DNA of 64,000 nucleotides, from contig OX597830.1 in NCBI GenBank assembly GCA_951406725.2, forward strand, positions 28,644,001-28,708,000, given 5' to 3'. Every line of letters begins with the position of its first letter. Positions within the stretch are counted from its first letter, which is position 1. This document shows positions 1 to 13,785 of the stretch, one piece after another. The notes under the pieces were generated by a model. The model saw only the letters and a program-made list of their open reading frames with translations. It did not search any database and was not told the DNA's origin. This DNA is from Octopus vulgaris (Eukaryota). The position numbers and the translations under genes are program-made.

Positions 1-121
1 CCACCGATGCTGGTTATAATAAAAGTTACAGATTGATAAAAATGTGTGCCAAGATGCCTACGTACAGTGGCATGTGGACGTGCATATAACAATATATACA
101 CACTTATTTACACCCCCCACC

Positions 122-159
<38 letters not shown>

Positions 160-317
160 TGAGAGATAGAGCGATTTGCGTATATACGTAAATATATATA
201 CATCTGTACTCATAAACATATATCTATATCTATCCATCTATCTATCATATATCTCTCTAAATATATATCGACATATTTATATATAGATATAAATGCCTAT
301 ATATATATATAAATGCC

Positions 318-373
<56 letters not shown>

Positions 374-376
374 TGC

Positions 377-407
<31 letters not shown>

Positions 408-527
408 TTAATATATATAAGTATATATACTTTTATGTATGTATATATACGTATTTATATATACGCATATCTATATATATAAATATATATGCATACATAT
501 ATGTATATGTATATATATATATGTATA

Positions 528-582
<55 letters not shown>

Positions 583-585
583 ATT
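122..585. repeat. Compound (TA)n/(GA)n/(TG)n microsatellite field
   Basis: Direct reading; explains the low-complexity ORF 293..610. Confidence 0.95.
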
Positions 586-1032
586 TGTACATCTAACCAT
601 TTACAATTAAGCTGAATCTCCAAACAAATCAAGATTTGAACAATTGCGCCAAAATTTGGTTAAATAATCTTTGGTGAGAAAGATTCGAATGCTGCCTTCA
701 TCATGTGTGTGTCTGTGTATGTTTGTGTGTATGCCTATACCGTGTGTACATATGTGTATATTCATCCCATAGTTACATAAACGAATATAAAAATATCTGT
801 GTGTATACCCCTCTTTCTCAGACCCGTCTCTCTCTCTCTCTTTGTATCTATCTATCTATCCCTATATAGATATGAATACACACACACTCATAAATCCTCG
901 CATGTGTATGATGATATGTATCTGAGCAGGTAATAGTGTGTGTATGTTTATGAAGGTGTCTGTTTGTTTGCGTGTGAATGTATATATTTATATATATATA
1001 TAAATACATATATATTTACATATATATAGGTG

Positions 1033-1065
<33 letters not shown>

Positions 1066-1284
1066 ATGTGCTCTCCTATGTAAACTCCTTGTTGAGTTCA
1101 CATGCTTATACAGACGCAACATGTGTTAATTCTGTTCTCCTTTGTTGACATACCACTAAATGCACCAATAACTCCAAAGACTGCTGTACTAACTAACAGC
1201 TTCAAGTGTACACGGACGACACCCTTCTATATCATGAATTCCCTACCTCTATTTCGTGTCATTCGTAAGAGAGTATGCTTAATA

Positions 1285-1330
1285 TTTATATACATATACA
1301 TACATGCCCCTATATATATATATTCATATA

Positions 1331-1394
<64 letters not shown>

Positions 1395-1658
1395 TATGTA
1401 TATAGATATATATGTTTATACATATATATGTGTATATATATATATGTGTTTATATATAGGTAGATATATATATATACATATGTGTGCGTATGATTATTTA
1501 TACGTATGTAGTTATATATATTCATATATCTCTGTATATATATATATGTGTATATGTGTACATTTATATGTATATATGTATAAATCTATATATACTTTAT
1601 ATGATTTAGTATGTATACGTTATTATGTAAGTGCCATTATTTACTTAGAAATATCTAC

Positions 1659-1709
<51 letters not shown>

Positions 1710-1803
1710 CGTGTGTGTATGTGTGTGTATACATGTATATAAATAAATAAATAAATAAATATATATATATACATATATTCATACATATAATCATATATAT
1801 ATG

Positions 1804-1839
<36 letters not shown>

Positions 1840-1912
1840 TGTATGTTTGTGTGTATGCGTAAATATATAAATCCCATACATTATTTATTCATATGTGTAA
1901 ATATATGCCTAT

Positions 1913-1948
<36 letters not shown>

Positions 1949-1950
1949 GT
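1285..1950. repeat. Compound (TA)n/(TG)n/(CA)n microsatellite field
   Basis: Direct reading. Confidence 0.95.
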
Positions 1951-2093
1951 GGATATATTTATAAATGTTGAGATTTCTGGATTATCTCTGTACATCACTG
2001 ATAGTTACATAAACTTTGTTATATGTATAGATAATCTTTCTATGTACAACGAAGTTTAAGGCTATACTTCATCACATCTACATACATACATAC

Positions 2094-2175
<82 letters not shown>

Positions 2176-2567
2176 GTATGTATATATATTCCACGATGTC
2201 GCGTTAAAACTTCAAATCGTTGATTCAGACTTATATACTTCTACGCCATTACACTTCTTTTATTTATGCCTTTCATACTTTCTAAGCCCTCCGGTGTCCA
2301 CATGTAGCTCACGTGTTACGTACAGTTGTTTATATAACTGACTGTACTGTAGTCAGTCCTACATTGTCTTCAGCGGCAAATTTACTATCAAATGGATAAT
2401 TATTATATTTTAGTTAATTAAATGTATTTAATTAGGATGCACGAACGCCCTTGAATAACATTGTCCTTGTACTCTTGCCTTCCTATTTATGCGATATATA
2501 TATATATATATATTTATAGAGAGAGAGAGAGAGAGAAAGAGAGAGAGCGAGAGATAGATAGATATAG

Positions 2568-2605
<38 letters not shown>

Positions 2606-2624
2606 CTAGATAGATAGATAGATA

Positions 2625-2689
<65 letters not shown>

Positions 2690-3039
2690 TTGTATGTATG
2701 TATATATACATGTATATACATTTATATACATACACATATGTATATTAATATATATATATATATGCATATATATAAACATATATATATATATATACATACT
2801 TACACAAATGTATATACATATGTATATATATATTCGTTATATATATTTCACATAGAAAATGGAGACATCACCAAATCTACTTTCCTAACTACATATATAG
2901 ATATTGAAGATAAAGGAGAGAAAGAGAGTTGTCAATAGCAAATTGGATACACATATATATACATATATAAATAAGGAGACTGAAAATCACGAAGATACTT
3001 CGATGGACAGGGAGACAATAAATAGTTTGGGAGAGAGAA

Positions 3040-3179
3040 TGTAGCCAGAGTGAGAGAGTGTGAGATAGAGAGAAAGAGAGAGAGAGAGAGAAATAGACAG
3101 ATGGATAAATAGACTCAAAGAAATCAGAAATGAAGATAGATAGATACATAAATAAATGGATGGACAGATAAATGTATAG

Positions 3180-3210
<31 letters not shown>

Positions 3211-3238
3211 AGTAGATAGATAGATAGAAAGATAGATG

Positions 3239-3312
<74 letters not shown>

Positions 3313-3330
3313 GGGAGGGAGGGAGAGAGA
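3040..3330. repeat. (GA)n and (GATA)n microsatellite
   Basis: Long TAGA array around 3175-3310. Confidence 0.95.
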
Positions 3331-3919
3331 AGGGGAGGTGAGAAAGAATGAGAGACAGTGAGATTTATAGGTGTGAAGAAGGAAAATAAAATATTTGGCA
3401 TTTCCCAATTTCACGCTCGCAGTAAGCCTAAATGTGAATTCCAGTGAAGTTATTTTACCTGCAGCTGCTGATGCACGTGAAATATTTTTACATATTGCTG
3501 AAACCACTTACATATTTAGCTAACGGGAGAATAGCTACGCTCTCGTTTATTCTTCTAGAAAACACAGCCAAATCCCATTTAGATCACAACGTATTCTGAC
3601 TTACACCAGAAGGACATATTATATAATATATATGCATATATATATTTTTTTTCAAGTTCATAAGCGAACGCGATGGTCAAATTTACAAAGAATTTGGTCA
3701 TAAGATTTGCAATTTTCGATTTGCGACTGCAGTATAATAGATTACACTGCTGCATTATTTACACTATTGAATAATACGGTTATATATCCAGTAACCATTT
3801 TCCTTCGTAACTTAACTATTAATCAACATCTTCATTTTTTCTATCAAATACAATAGCTATATTATGCTAAGATATCAATATATATTAATATAAACGGAAG
3901 TACTAAAATATATATCGTA

Positions 3920-3993
<74 letters not shown>

Positions 3994-4028
3994 CAATATC
4001 ATTATTATTATTATTATCATCATCATCA

Positions 4029-4101
<73 letters not shown>

Positions 4102-4111
4102 CATTATTATT
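3920..4111. repeat. (ATT)n/(ATC)n trinucleotide array
   Basis: Direct reading. Confidence 0.95.
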
Positions 4112-4596
<485 letters not shown>

Positions 4597-4857
4597 TGTA
4601 GTAGTAGAAGTAGTAGTAGTAGTAGTAGTCGTCATAGTAGTAGTACTTTGATCCGCAGAGTTTGACTTTGTGTTTTAAGCTTTCGAGGTCGAACCAAAAT
4701 TACTGGTCTTGTGCCTACAGTAGAAATGATTAGTTTTCTATTTCAAAATCTATCAGTGTCTGTCTTTTCTTCTCGTTCTCCCGCTCGCTCGTTCCCTTTC
4801 CTCTCGTTTTTTTTCTTTCACTATATACATATATTCATCGGTCTACTATCTATAATA

Positions 4858-5943
4858 TACAAGGGAGAGTTGCCCAAAATAAAAAAAAAATTATCCACAT
4901 TTTTGCCACAGCTCCCATTAGGCTGGCTGCTTAGTGCTCTTGTGACGGAACTGTGGCTTTACCTTGATTTCTCCAGCTTTCTTTCTTGTGTTACACAGTA
5001 AATATTGCTACTCCTCAGGGAGCTTGCATTAACGAAGAACAATAATCAATGATGCGATTTCTCAAGGTCTGCCAGGAGCTGATTTTCATCGCACGTTTTC
5101 AGTAGAATACGGTAAGACCGCTACACTCAGTATAAGTGTTTGTGAGTGGATCGAGAAGTTTCAAAATCGTGGAATTAGCGAAAAGGGAGCAGGACACACA
5201 CGCTCATCTACCACTGACGTGAAGTTTCAAGAAGTGAACATCGAAGAGGTGGCATATTCTTTGCAAAACAAACATGGTTCTGTTTACGAAATAAACCAAG
5301 AAAAGCTTCGCATCTGAAAGGGTTGTGCAAGATTTTGTATCCACAGAATTTACCAAAGCGCATTAGAGTAGTCCTGTGGAGTTCTGTCAATGCTTACTTG
5401 ACCGGTGGACCCATCACTGCGATCCAGGATCCATAAGGTAGAGTATGGATTACAGACATCCGAAATGGTCAGGGAAGAAGAAATTCGATCAATCTTCTTC
5501 AGCAAAAGTAAAGGTAAACGATTTTGGAAAGGTAATAAAGCTATACTGGTCTATTCCCTGGAAGTTGATTTAACAGTCTCCAGAGAAGTCCACAGTTAAA
5601 TGCTGTCCGATACACTGAAACCAGCAATACGCACCAAAATGGGAGGTATATTGCCAAATCAAATGTTTATTGCTGCACAACAATTCAAACCCACATACAG
5701 AATCCCAGTCTGGTAAAACCATTGACAATTGGGATTCGAGTTGCTGGAATACTCTGCAGATACTCCAGATCTCTCTCCTTCCGACTAATACCTCAATGGC
5801 CCGCTCAAACATCTATGAGGTCATTGATTTGCTACGGACGATGACATACAGGGAGGAATGAATAAATGACCGTGTGTGCAAACGAAAACCTTGTCTTCCG
5901 GCAGAATTAGCAAGCTGAATGAGCTGGGTCGAATATCAAGCAG
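4858..5943 (+). mobile_element. Decayed mariner (DD34D-type) DNA transposon, transposase pseudogene
   Basis: Frameshifted peptides EEQ*SMMRFL, VCEWIEKFQN, WTHHCDPGSIR*SMD, LKPAIRTK, LLLHNNSNPHT, TPDLSPSD*YLNGPLK match mariner motifs (EEQRSVIRFL, WIHHYEPESKRQSMEW, LLHDNARPH, YSPDLAPSD). Starts TACAAGGG (TIR-like); right end is lost at the adjoining PLE. Confidence 0.85.
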
Positions 5944-5944
5944 A

Positions 5945-6600
5945 CCTCCTCAACAAATGAATATACACAACCACTGGAGCTTTTCACATCTTTTTACAGT
6001 TTTCCACGGGAACATATCGAACTTTTTGCTTGTTAATATAGGGTTCGGTCTTAGAAAGCGTCTTCCATTTGTTGTTGAATCGTACGTTCTCGTCTTTTAG
6101 GCTTCCAGACTAATGCTGAGAGGGTTGTTGCAATACTTTTTCCGCAATGTCATAAGATCGGTAGATGTTTGCTGTATCTGGATTTAATTTTTCCCTCCAT
6201 TGCTCAAATATAATGCTTAGTATTTCTCCGACCGTTGTCATGGTTTGCTGATAACTATGGCTCATAAACAAGGAAGATATGTTGCATGCCTTCCTGCCTA
6301 GGACGTTTACATTTATTTCTGCATGTACATCCAGGACAGTTCTGATTCATCGTTTGCTTATTATTATAGGTTTTTACACTAGGGGGAGGATGAAAATGTG
6401 ATTTTAACCCATTACCTATAAAGCGTCATTCTTCATTTATAGTTGTTTGGAAAGTGATTATCTAATAAGTGTAAGAATCTTCTATGTATATTTGGCCTAA
6501 CATTTAAGGTGATGGGGCGGGGTGAACCATAAAATTTTACGGGACCAATTCTTACAACCATATGGTCCAGGAATTAGCGGGGCGGGGTTATAAAAGATTT
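5945..6600 (-). mobile_element. Penelope-like retroelement relic: RT C-terminus plus GIY-YIG endonuclease pseudogene
   Basis: Minus-strand peptides RKILWFTPP (WFTPP at 6515-6529) / LNVRPNIHRRFLHLLDNHFP, WVKITFSSSP, GCTCRNKCK, KHYI*AMEGKIKSRYSKH, ATTLSALVWK / LKDENVRFNNKWKTLSKTEPY match the PLE consensus WFNPP..FL.L.DKHFP, CNCR, YIG.TE..FK.RY..H, T.LS...W.LK. Confidence 0.85.
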
Positions 6601-6771
6601 TATCAGTGAAGCCGCTGCCTTGCATAGTCTTATTACAATATGAAGATGAATTTTCAAATGTTGTATTTTGGGACGGTCATTTTCTTTTTTCTTTTGCCAA
6701 ACACACACACTATATATTTTTCTTCACTCGTTTATTACTGTTCTTATTTTGTTATTTTATATCATGTCCAT

Positions 6772-6816
6772 TGTCTGGAAATCTTTCGTCACACATTTGT
6801 GACCTCTTCAGTGACA
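6772..6816 (-). ncRNA. Type-I hammerhead-like motif (family B cassette, about 6660-6870)
   Basis: Minus strand: TGTC A CTGAAGA G GTCACA aatg TGTGAC GAAA GATT TC CA GACA. Core and 6-bp stem II intact; stem III imperfect. Confidence 0.6.
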
Positions 6817-7689
6817 CTTTTCGTTTCTTTGTACGTGTTCTTGCTCCATTTATTCCATTTGCTCCATTTTCAAATATTTCTTTACATAAAAAAGACATGT
6901 TATTCGACGTATAATTTCAAAAACCGTATTGTCCTTTTAAACAACTTAATAAATGGCAATATAAATGATTATTTCGGCAAGCAAAAACTTGGGTGGCTGT
7001 TATTTGCAACGCTTGTGGTTTATATTATAATAATATTTTTACTATGTTAACTGATCGAGGGCAATACTACTTTTTGAAACCTTAATGCACAACACACACA
7101 CACGCACGCGCAAATTGATATATACACGTATGTATGTGTGTGATGTGTATATGAGACTAGATTGACTATATGTATGTGAATGTAAGTGCGTGTGGATATC
7201 TGTTGGAATGAACACTATTTTGAAATATGAAACTTAAGCATTCAAGACCAGAACACAACTATATATAAACACACACACACACACACACACAAATATATAT
7301 GCGTGTCTCTGTGTGTGTGTATGTGTGAATATGCATTCGAACGTGAGCTCCTTTGTATATCATTAAATGATAATTTTTTCCAAACCTGAAGATTCTTCAT
7401 CTCAAGTGTTTTGCCAGATACATTTATATGGAAAGCTATCTATTGCCGTGCATGCAATCAGCATTCACAATAGATGTGAAACTTGGACGTTAACGTCGAT
7501 CATAAAGGCGCCGTGCCATTTATGATTTAATCACTGGTTGAAAAGTAGCAGCTATTTGTTGCCGTGAAAGTTAATACATTCGATTAAAAGAAAAAAAACT
7601 TTCCTTCTTGTTTTCATACATTTCTACTATTGAAATCATATCCTCCCTTCTCGTCTTCGAAGTGTGCAACTGTGTGCGGTTGAGAATAT

Positions 7690-7729
7690 ACATACATGTG
7701 TATGTGTATGTATCTATATATATATATAT

Positions 7730-7791
<62 letters not shown>

Positions 7792-7879
7792 ATACATGCA
7801 TATATATATATATATATCGATATATATATACATATATATATACATATATATATGCATGTATATATACGTGTATATATAT

Positions 7880-7912
<33 letters not shown>
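7690..7912. repeat. (TA)n microsatellite abutting the 3' end of a PLE-like relic
   Basis: Direct reading. Confidence 0.95.
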
Positions 7913-7917
<5 letters not shown>

Positions 7918-7982
7918 AAAAAATGAAGTTTGAAATGCTGCTATATTAGACAAATTTTTGATTTTTATATATACATTATTTA

Positions 7983-8025
7983 TTTAACATGTTTCGGTTC
8001 TTGAAATGACGAACCTTATCAAAAA
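7983..8025 (-). ncRNA. Degenerate minimal hammerhead
   Basis: Minus: TTT TTGATAA GGTTC gtcatttcaa GAACC GAAA CATG TT AAA. Two core substitutions versus CTGATGA; perfect 5-bp stem II; palindromic stem III (ACATGT). Confidence 0.6.
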
Positions 8026-8314
8026 TAATTTATATATAAAAAAGATAGTTCATACTATCAAATATAAAAAATTCATATATAATAAAAAAATTCATATATA
8101 GTGAAGCGAGTCCATGCTATATGTTTAAAGAGTATGATGTAGTAGTTCATAGTGGTGATATGCATTCAATATAAAAAATTCATGTTCTTGAAAAAGCGAG
8201 GAATTCATTTTAGGTTTTACCTTGTGTTCCAATGGGAGCAACTGTGATGACTCTTGGTTGGTGTCTGTTCGAATAGTTCTGGTGAATCTTGTGAAATGTT
8301 TGGGTTTTATATCA

Positions 8315-8675
8315 CCTGTTAGGTGGCTGGTCCAGCGGAACGGGACGTCATCAAATTTTGACCAATCGTCTCGTTAGGTGGCTAGTTTTGACCAATCAGA
8401 ATCGGGTCTGACCTATAGCTGTATTAGATCTGACCCATGTCTGTCTCCTGTTAGGTGGTTAGTCCAGCGGAACGTGACGTCATCACTGTTTTGACCAATC
8501 ATCCCGTTAGGTGGCTAGTCCAGCAGAACGAGACGTCATCAATGTTTTGACCAATCAGAATCGGGTCTGACCCTTAGCTGTATCGTATGTGGAAACCGAC
8601 CAAGCAGGGTGACAATAGATTGCCCACTGAGGTAATACGTCATCAGTTTCTTGACGAATCAGGATTAGATCTGCT
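8315..8675. repeat. Degenerate tandem repeat of about 55 bp containing GACGTCA and GACCAATC motifs
   Basis: Units begin GTTAGGTGG at 8318, 8373, 8450, 8506; GACCAATC at 8360, 8390, 8493, 8549; TGACGTCA at 8475. Confidence 0.85.
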
Positions 8676-9049
8676 CGTAGAGATCTTTTTATGAATTTTT
8701 TTCCTTTCCCTAAGACATATTTCTGTCAGTGTGAGTGACTGTTTAAGGCAGCGGCCGTGGTGGAATTTCGCTTCTCCTTTTCGGAGGACCAATCTTTTGT
8801 TTTAATGTTCCTAGGTTGCGATAGATAAACTGCCACTATGTTATTTTTTAAATTTCGTAGTTGCACATTGTTTGTTTTTGATTTTGTCGACTACACAGTG
8901 TAGTAAGGTTAACTGGTATTCGCCTGTGAGAAAAAAGATCACTGTGGCGCTGTTCCCCCTGCTAGAAATTTGGCAACGACATGTTGTACTGTTTGAGATT
9001 CGCACCGGAAACTCCGATAAGAACATTTCAGTGTTGGGTGTCAATGTGA

Positions 9050-9680
9050 GTCCCAAACCATGTACCAAGAGTGATAAAGATCAAACATCCAGTCAACATC
9101 ATGGTGGCTAGAGTGATCAGTAGTGATGGTGACACTATGCCTCCATTCATTTTCCCACACGGACCTAGAATCAACACGGAGGTCTATATCATGTGCGTGG
9201 TGGAGGTAGTGCTGCCCTGGGGCAAGAGGATGGCTTCTGGAAGACCCTATGTCTGGTAACAGGACGATGTACCTTGCCACACAAGCAGGAGAAACCAGCC
9301 ATGACTGTCAAACAATATCTGAAACCACATCATCCAAAAAATCTGTCACCTACCTCCCCAAACTGCTACCGCTTTCCGGAGCAGTTTAGCGAGAGACCAA
9401 CAAAACTACTTGTAACACATTTAAGATGAACTGAAGGCAAACATTGCAGTAGCATTCACCTATTTAAATAAAGAGACTGCCCAGAAGAGCTACAGAATAT
9501 TCCTGAGTCGTCTGGAGGTCGTGGTCGAAGCCAATGGCCATTTTATTGAATGAATTTACTCTTTAGTGTTTCAAGATACTTTTCTATGTAATTCTGGTAA
9601 ATATATCTGTTAAAATGAGACATCAGTGTTATTTTCATTTTTGCGTAATTTAGATGACCGTTTATTCACTGTATCCTCTA
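9050..9680 (+). mobile_element. Tc1/mariner superfamily (maT/DD37D-like) transposase pseudogene, 3' half with terminal end
   Basis: ORF 9071..9259 KHPVNIMVARVISSDGDTMPPFIF..VVLPW..GRPYVW continues *QDDVPCHTSR (cf. WQQDSAPCHTSR); C-terminus SRLEVVVEANGHFIE; ends near a TA at about 9680. Confidence 0.85.
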
Positions 9681-9771
9681 TGTGTGTGTGTGTATGTGGG
9701 TGTGTGTATTATGTGCGTGTGTGTGTATGTGTGTATATAGATATAATAGTCAATTATGATAAAAACACATT

Positions 9772-9805
<34 letters not shown>

Positions 9806-9895
9806 TATATCTATATATCTATATATCTATGCATATACATATATATATATACATCTATGTTTATATATATGTAAATATACATATATATCTACATA

Positions 9896-9973
<78 letters not shown>

Positions 9974-10897
9974 TATGTATGTATTTATATGAAAGTGTGT
10001 GTATGTATGAGCGTATATATATATGTGGAGTCAGGCGGTAGGAAGTAACACTTGAACGTTTAGGACAGAACTTTTCTTTTTTTCGGTGTTAAGATGACTA
10101 GAGGAGACAAAGGTAAATACAAGAGCGGTCTGATCCCGTAAACCCAAAGGATATAAAACCGTTCTCTCTTACATTTTTTTACTGTCTTCTTAACCTTGAA
10201 GGAGCACTTTCTACGAAACGTTGGATCCATCATTCTCTCTTACAAATGTATTGTACACTTTTTCTTACATATTCCTAATAATACAAAATGACGCCCTTGC
10301 TGAACCCTGCCAGTACAACCATTGCCACCGCTCTCCTTTCATTCCTCCTTGTTACGGATGTGTGGAGGTGGAGGTGGGTGTATAATTCCGTGTGCGTGAG
10401 GCTACTTTGTTACGTACTTAGACAGATTGACATAGATATTGATTAGAGTGTTCTATTGATGAACGTTGCACTTGCTTTTTCTCCACTTTTCAAATGCTGT
10501 AAATTTTAAATTGATTTTGCCCTGACCAGAATCAACTCCGTCGTCATCCAGTTCCTCATCCATGCTATCATCACTGGCACCACCATCTTCACCACCACCA
10601 CCACCATCATCACCACCACTAGCATCACCACAGCTCCACTACTATCTTCATCATCATTATCAGCTTCCATCATCATCAGCAGCAGCAGCATCATCATCAT
10701 CATCATCATCATCTTCGTCGTCGTCGTCGTCGTAATCAATATTTTTCGCCACTGCAATATTTTCCTTTTACCAATCACATCCTTCCTCACAGACAGATTC
10801 CACAGTCTAATTTATAAACTTCTCTATCGAAAAGCAGATGGTTAGTGTCTTGAAAACGAAAATAAAAGAAAAAAACTCATAAATCTTACATCACCTT

Positions 10898-10936
10898 CCC
10901 TCCTCCTCCTCCTCCTCCTCCTCCTCCTCCTCCTCC

Positions 10937-10982
<46 letters not shown>

Positions 10983-11055
10983 TATCATCATCATCATCAT
11001 CATCATCATAATCATTATCATCATCATCATTATCATCATCATCATCATCATCATT
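10898..11055. repeat. (CCT)n-(CAT)n trinucleotide array
   Basis: Direct reading. Confidence 0.95.
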
Positions 11056-11162
11056 ACTGAGTTAGAGAGCAGTTCATGCTATCAAAGTGACACGGGTAAA
11101 ATATACGAAGCTCAGCACACTCATCATGACTACCTGTCTGATAAGGGTACACCAGGTACATC

Positions 11163-11330
11163 GCCATGCTGCAGCACCGCCTTTAGTCGAGGAAATCGAG
11201 CCCTGGTCTTATCTTTTGTATACCTAGTACTTATTCTATCGATCTCTTTTTGCTGATCCGCTAAGTTACGGTGACGTAAACACACCAGCATAGGTTGTCA
11301 TGCGATGTTTGGGGGACTAACACAGACACA

Positions 11331-11404
<74 letters not shown>

Positions 11405-11570
11405 AACGATGGGCTTCTTTCAGTTTCCATCTACCAAATCCACTCACAAGGCTTTGGTCGGCCCAAGGCTATAGTACCAGCTAGTTGCCCAAGGTGCCAC
11501 GCGGTGGGACTGAACCCGGAACTATATGGTTGGTAAGCAAGCTACTTCCCAAACAGCCACTCCTGCGCCT
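11163..11570 (-). mobile_element. tRNA-headed SINE, group C (CORE-like CCTTGGGCAA segment, internal microsatellite)
   Basis: Minus head AGGCGCAGGAGTGGCTG..TGGTTCCGGGTTCAGTCCC-like; homologous to 18643-19045 and 13196-13785. Confidence 0.85.
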
Positions 11571-11756
11571 ATTATTTTACGTTGATTATATAAAAACGAA
11601 CCAGATGTATATTCAATCACGATGAGATTTTAACTCCAGTGTAGTCGCTCAAAAGTAAACAATGCTAATCGTATGCTTTGTTACTGTACTGTATGTTTCT
11701 TCAAATCGTCACGTGACGATTTAATTTGACACCGGACCGTTTGTTTTTTACCATAT

Positions 11757-12100
11757 TCTTTCACTTGTTTCAATCATTTAACAGCTGCCATGCTGGAGTA
11801 CCGCCTTAAACAGTTTTAGTCGAAGAAAACCACCCTAGGACTTATTGTTTGTAAGCCTAATACTTATTATATCGGTATCTTTTGTCAAACCGTTAAGTTA
11901 TGAGGACGTAAACACACTAACACCGGTTGTCAAGTGATGCTGGTGGAACAAACAGTCACAAACACAAATTTATATATATATACGACGGGCTTCTTTCAGT
12001 GTCCGTCTACCAAATCCCGTCACAAGGCTTTGGACAGCCCGCGGCTATAGTAGAAGACATTCTCCCAAGGTACCATGCGGTGGGACTGAACTCTGAGCCA
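11757..12100 (-). mobile_element. SINE group C, 5'-truncated
   Basis: Aligns by eye with 18660-18995. Confidence 0.8.
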
Positions 12101-12427
12101 TATACGCCTAGGCTAGATAACAATAAAATAAATTAACATATTCTAATATTGGGAAGCGCAAGATCGTTGTGGATGAGACATACCATCGACTAAGAAACGG
12201 CAAAATCTAAAACCTATAGAACGTATATTGAAGAATTCCAGGCCGTCCAAGAAATGAAAAATCTGTCTACCTACATAATGTGAACGGTAAGAGTTAAGAT
12301 TTCATTGAACATAGTATGAAATCTGGTTTTCTGCCGTTGCTGACACCATTGACTTATTTATTGAGACAAATATCCTTTAGAAATTCATTGATCTGTGTTA
12401 TAGCATTCTCCTAACACTTTCAGCAAT

Positions 12428-12428
12428 A

Positions 12429-12491
<63 letters not shown>

Positions 12492-12582
12492 ATATCTATC
12501 TATCTATCTATCTCTCTATCCATATATCTATCTATCTATCTATCCGTCCGTCTGTCTGTCTATCTGTCTGTCTGTCTGTCTG
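12428..12582. repeat. (TATC)n/(TGTC)n tetranucleotide array
   Basis: Direct reading. Confidence 0.95.
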
Positions 12583-13195
12583 TGTGTTTACAGTATATAT
12601 GAATGTGTCGATTCGATTATCCGATGCTGCTACAAACCGTTTTTCAAGATTCGGTTCGTCTCATCGGATGCCATTGCAACTTGTTTGGCGGACAGGCTAG
12701 CATATCCCATGAAAACAAAGCAAGGCTATTCAGGTGTAGGTTATCCATTTACAGGTGAATGAACTTGAGCGATGTGAAATAGAGTGTTTTGTTCAAGAGC
12801 ATATAATACTTCACTAGTCTGGGAATCGAAACCACTATCCTTAAACACTAGACACCCGTCAAGCGCACACACAAACACACATACACACACGCGTACACAC
12901 ACATAGATATAAATATATGGATATATTGATAGATAAATGGAGGAGTGAAAACATAGGTTGACACATAGCTCAGCAGATGTATGAAACGACATCATATCTA
13001 TTACATCTTCCTCTAAGGCATGGATTTATCTGAATTGTTAGTTCAACTAAGAAAATGTATTGCGCTTGTAGTTATATCACAATAAACCCACTGTTCAGTT
13101 CTCACTAACGTCTCCATTGTCTTAACTAATTCTGATATCTCCGAAAATAACTACTAGATGAGTGATGGGTCGATATAATTAATGAGTTGAAATCT

Positions 13196-13346
13196 CTGGC
13201 TGTGTGGTAAGGAGCTCCCTTCCCAACCGCACGATTTCAGGTTCAGTCTCACTTCGTGTCACCTTGGGCAAGTGTCTTCTGATGTAGCCTCGGACCAATC
13301 AAAGCCTCGTGAGTGGATTTGGTAGACGGGAAACTGAAAGAAACAC

Positions 13347-13435
<89 letters not shown>

Positions 13436-13457
13436 CATCTATCTATCTATCTATCTA

Positions 13458-13506
<49 letters not shown>

Positions 13507-13785
13507 ATATATATATATATATATATATATAGATATGTATATATATATATATATATACATACCTATGTGTGTGTCTTTCTGTTTGTCTTTTTTCCCCTCT
13601 CCATCACCGCTTGACAAACGGTATTGATGTGTTTACGTCCCAGTAAATTAGTCTTTCGGCAAAAGGGAACGATACAGTAAGTACCAGGCTATAAAAATTC
13701 GTACTTTGGTTGACTTCTTCATCTATTGAAAAGCGGTATCCCTGCATGACCGCAGTCAAATGACCGAAACGTGTAAAAGTTAAAA
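13196..13785 (+). mobile_element. SINE group C with expanded internal (TA)n/(TC)n tract
   Basis: TGGCTGTGTGGTAAG..GGTTCAGTC..ACCTTGGGCAAGTGTCTTCT..GTGAGTGGATTTGGTAGACGG, then about 220 bp of microsatellite, then GCTTGACAA..GCAGTCAAATGAC tail. Confidence 0.85.

Larger units (their letters stand above)
7915..9045 (-). mobile_element. Probable Penelope-like element relic with terminal degenerate hammerhead
   Basis: Weak peptides FPVRISNSTT (cf. VKISYS) and SLFQEHEFFILNAYHHYELLH (cf. LC..EK..IL..LLN), then a hammerhead-like motif at 7983-8025 and (TA)n. Confidence 0.5.

Noticed and set aside
8315-8675. CRISPR-like repeat/spacer appearance
   Set aside because: The units are degenerate tandem copies without unique spacers, there are no cas genes, and the context is eukaryotic.
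10030-10235. Two very degenerate hammerhead-like traces (minus about 10050-10078; plus CTTGAAGG..CGAAACGTTGG about 10195-10225)
   Set aside because: Core and stems are too eroded to call; the first is probably an old family A copy.
12615-12672. Minus-strand CCGATGA..GAAA motif
   Set aside because: No convincing stems I or III.
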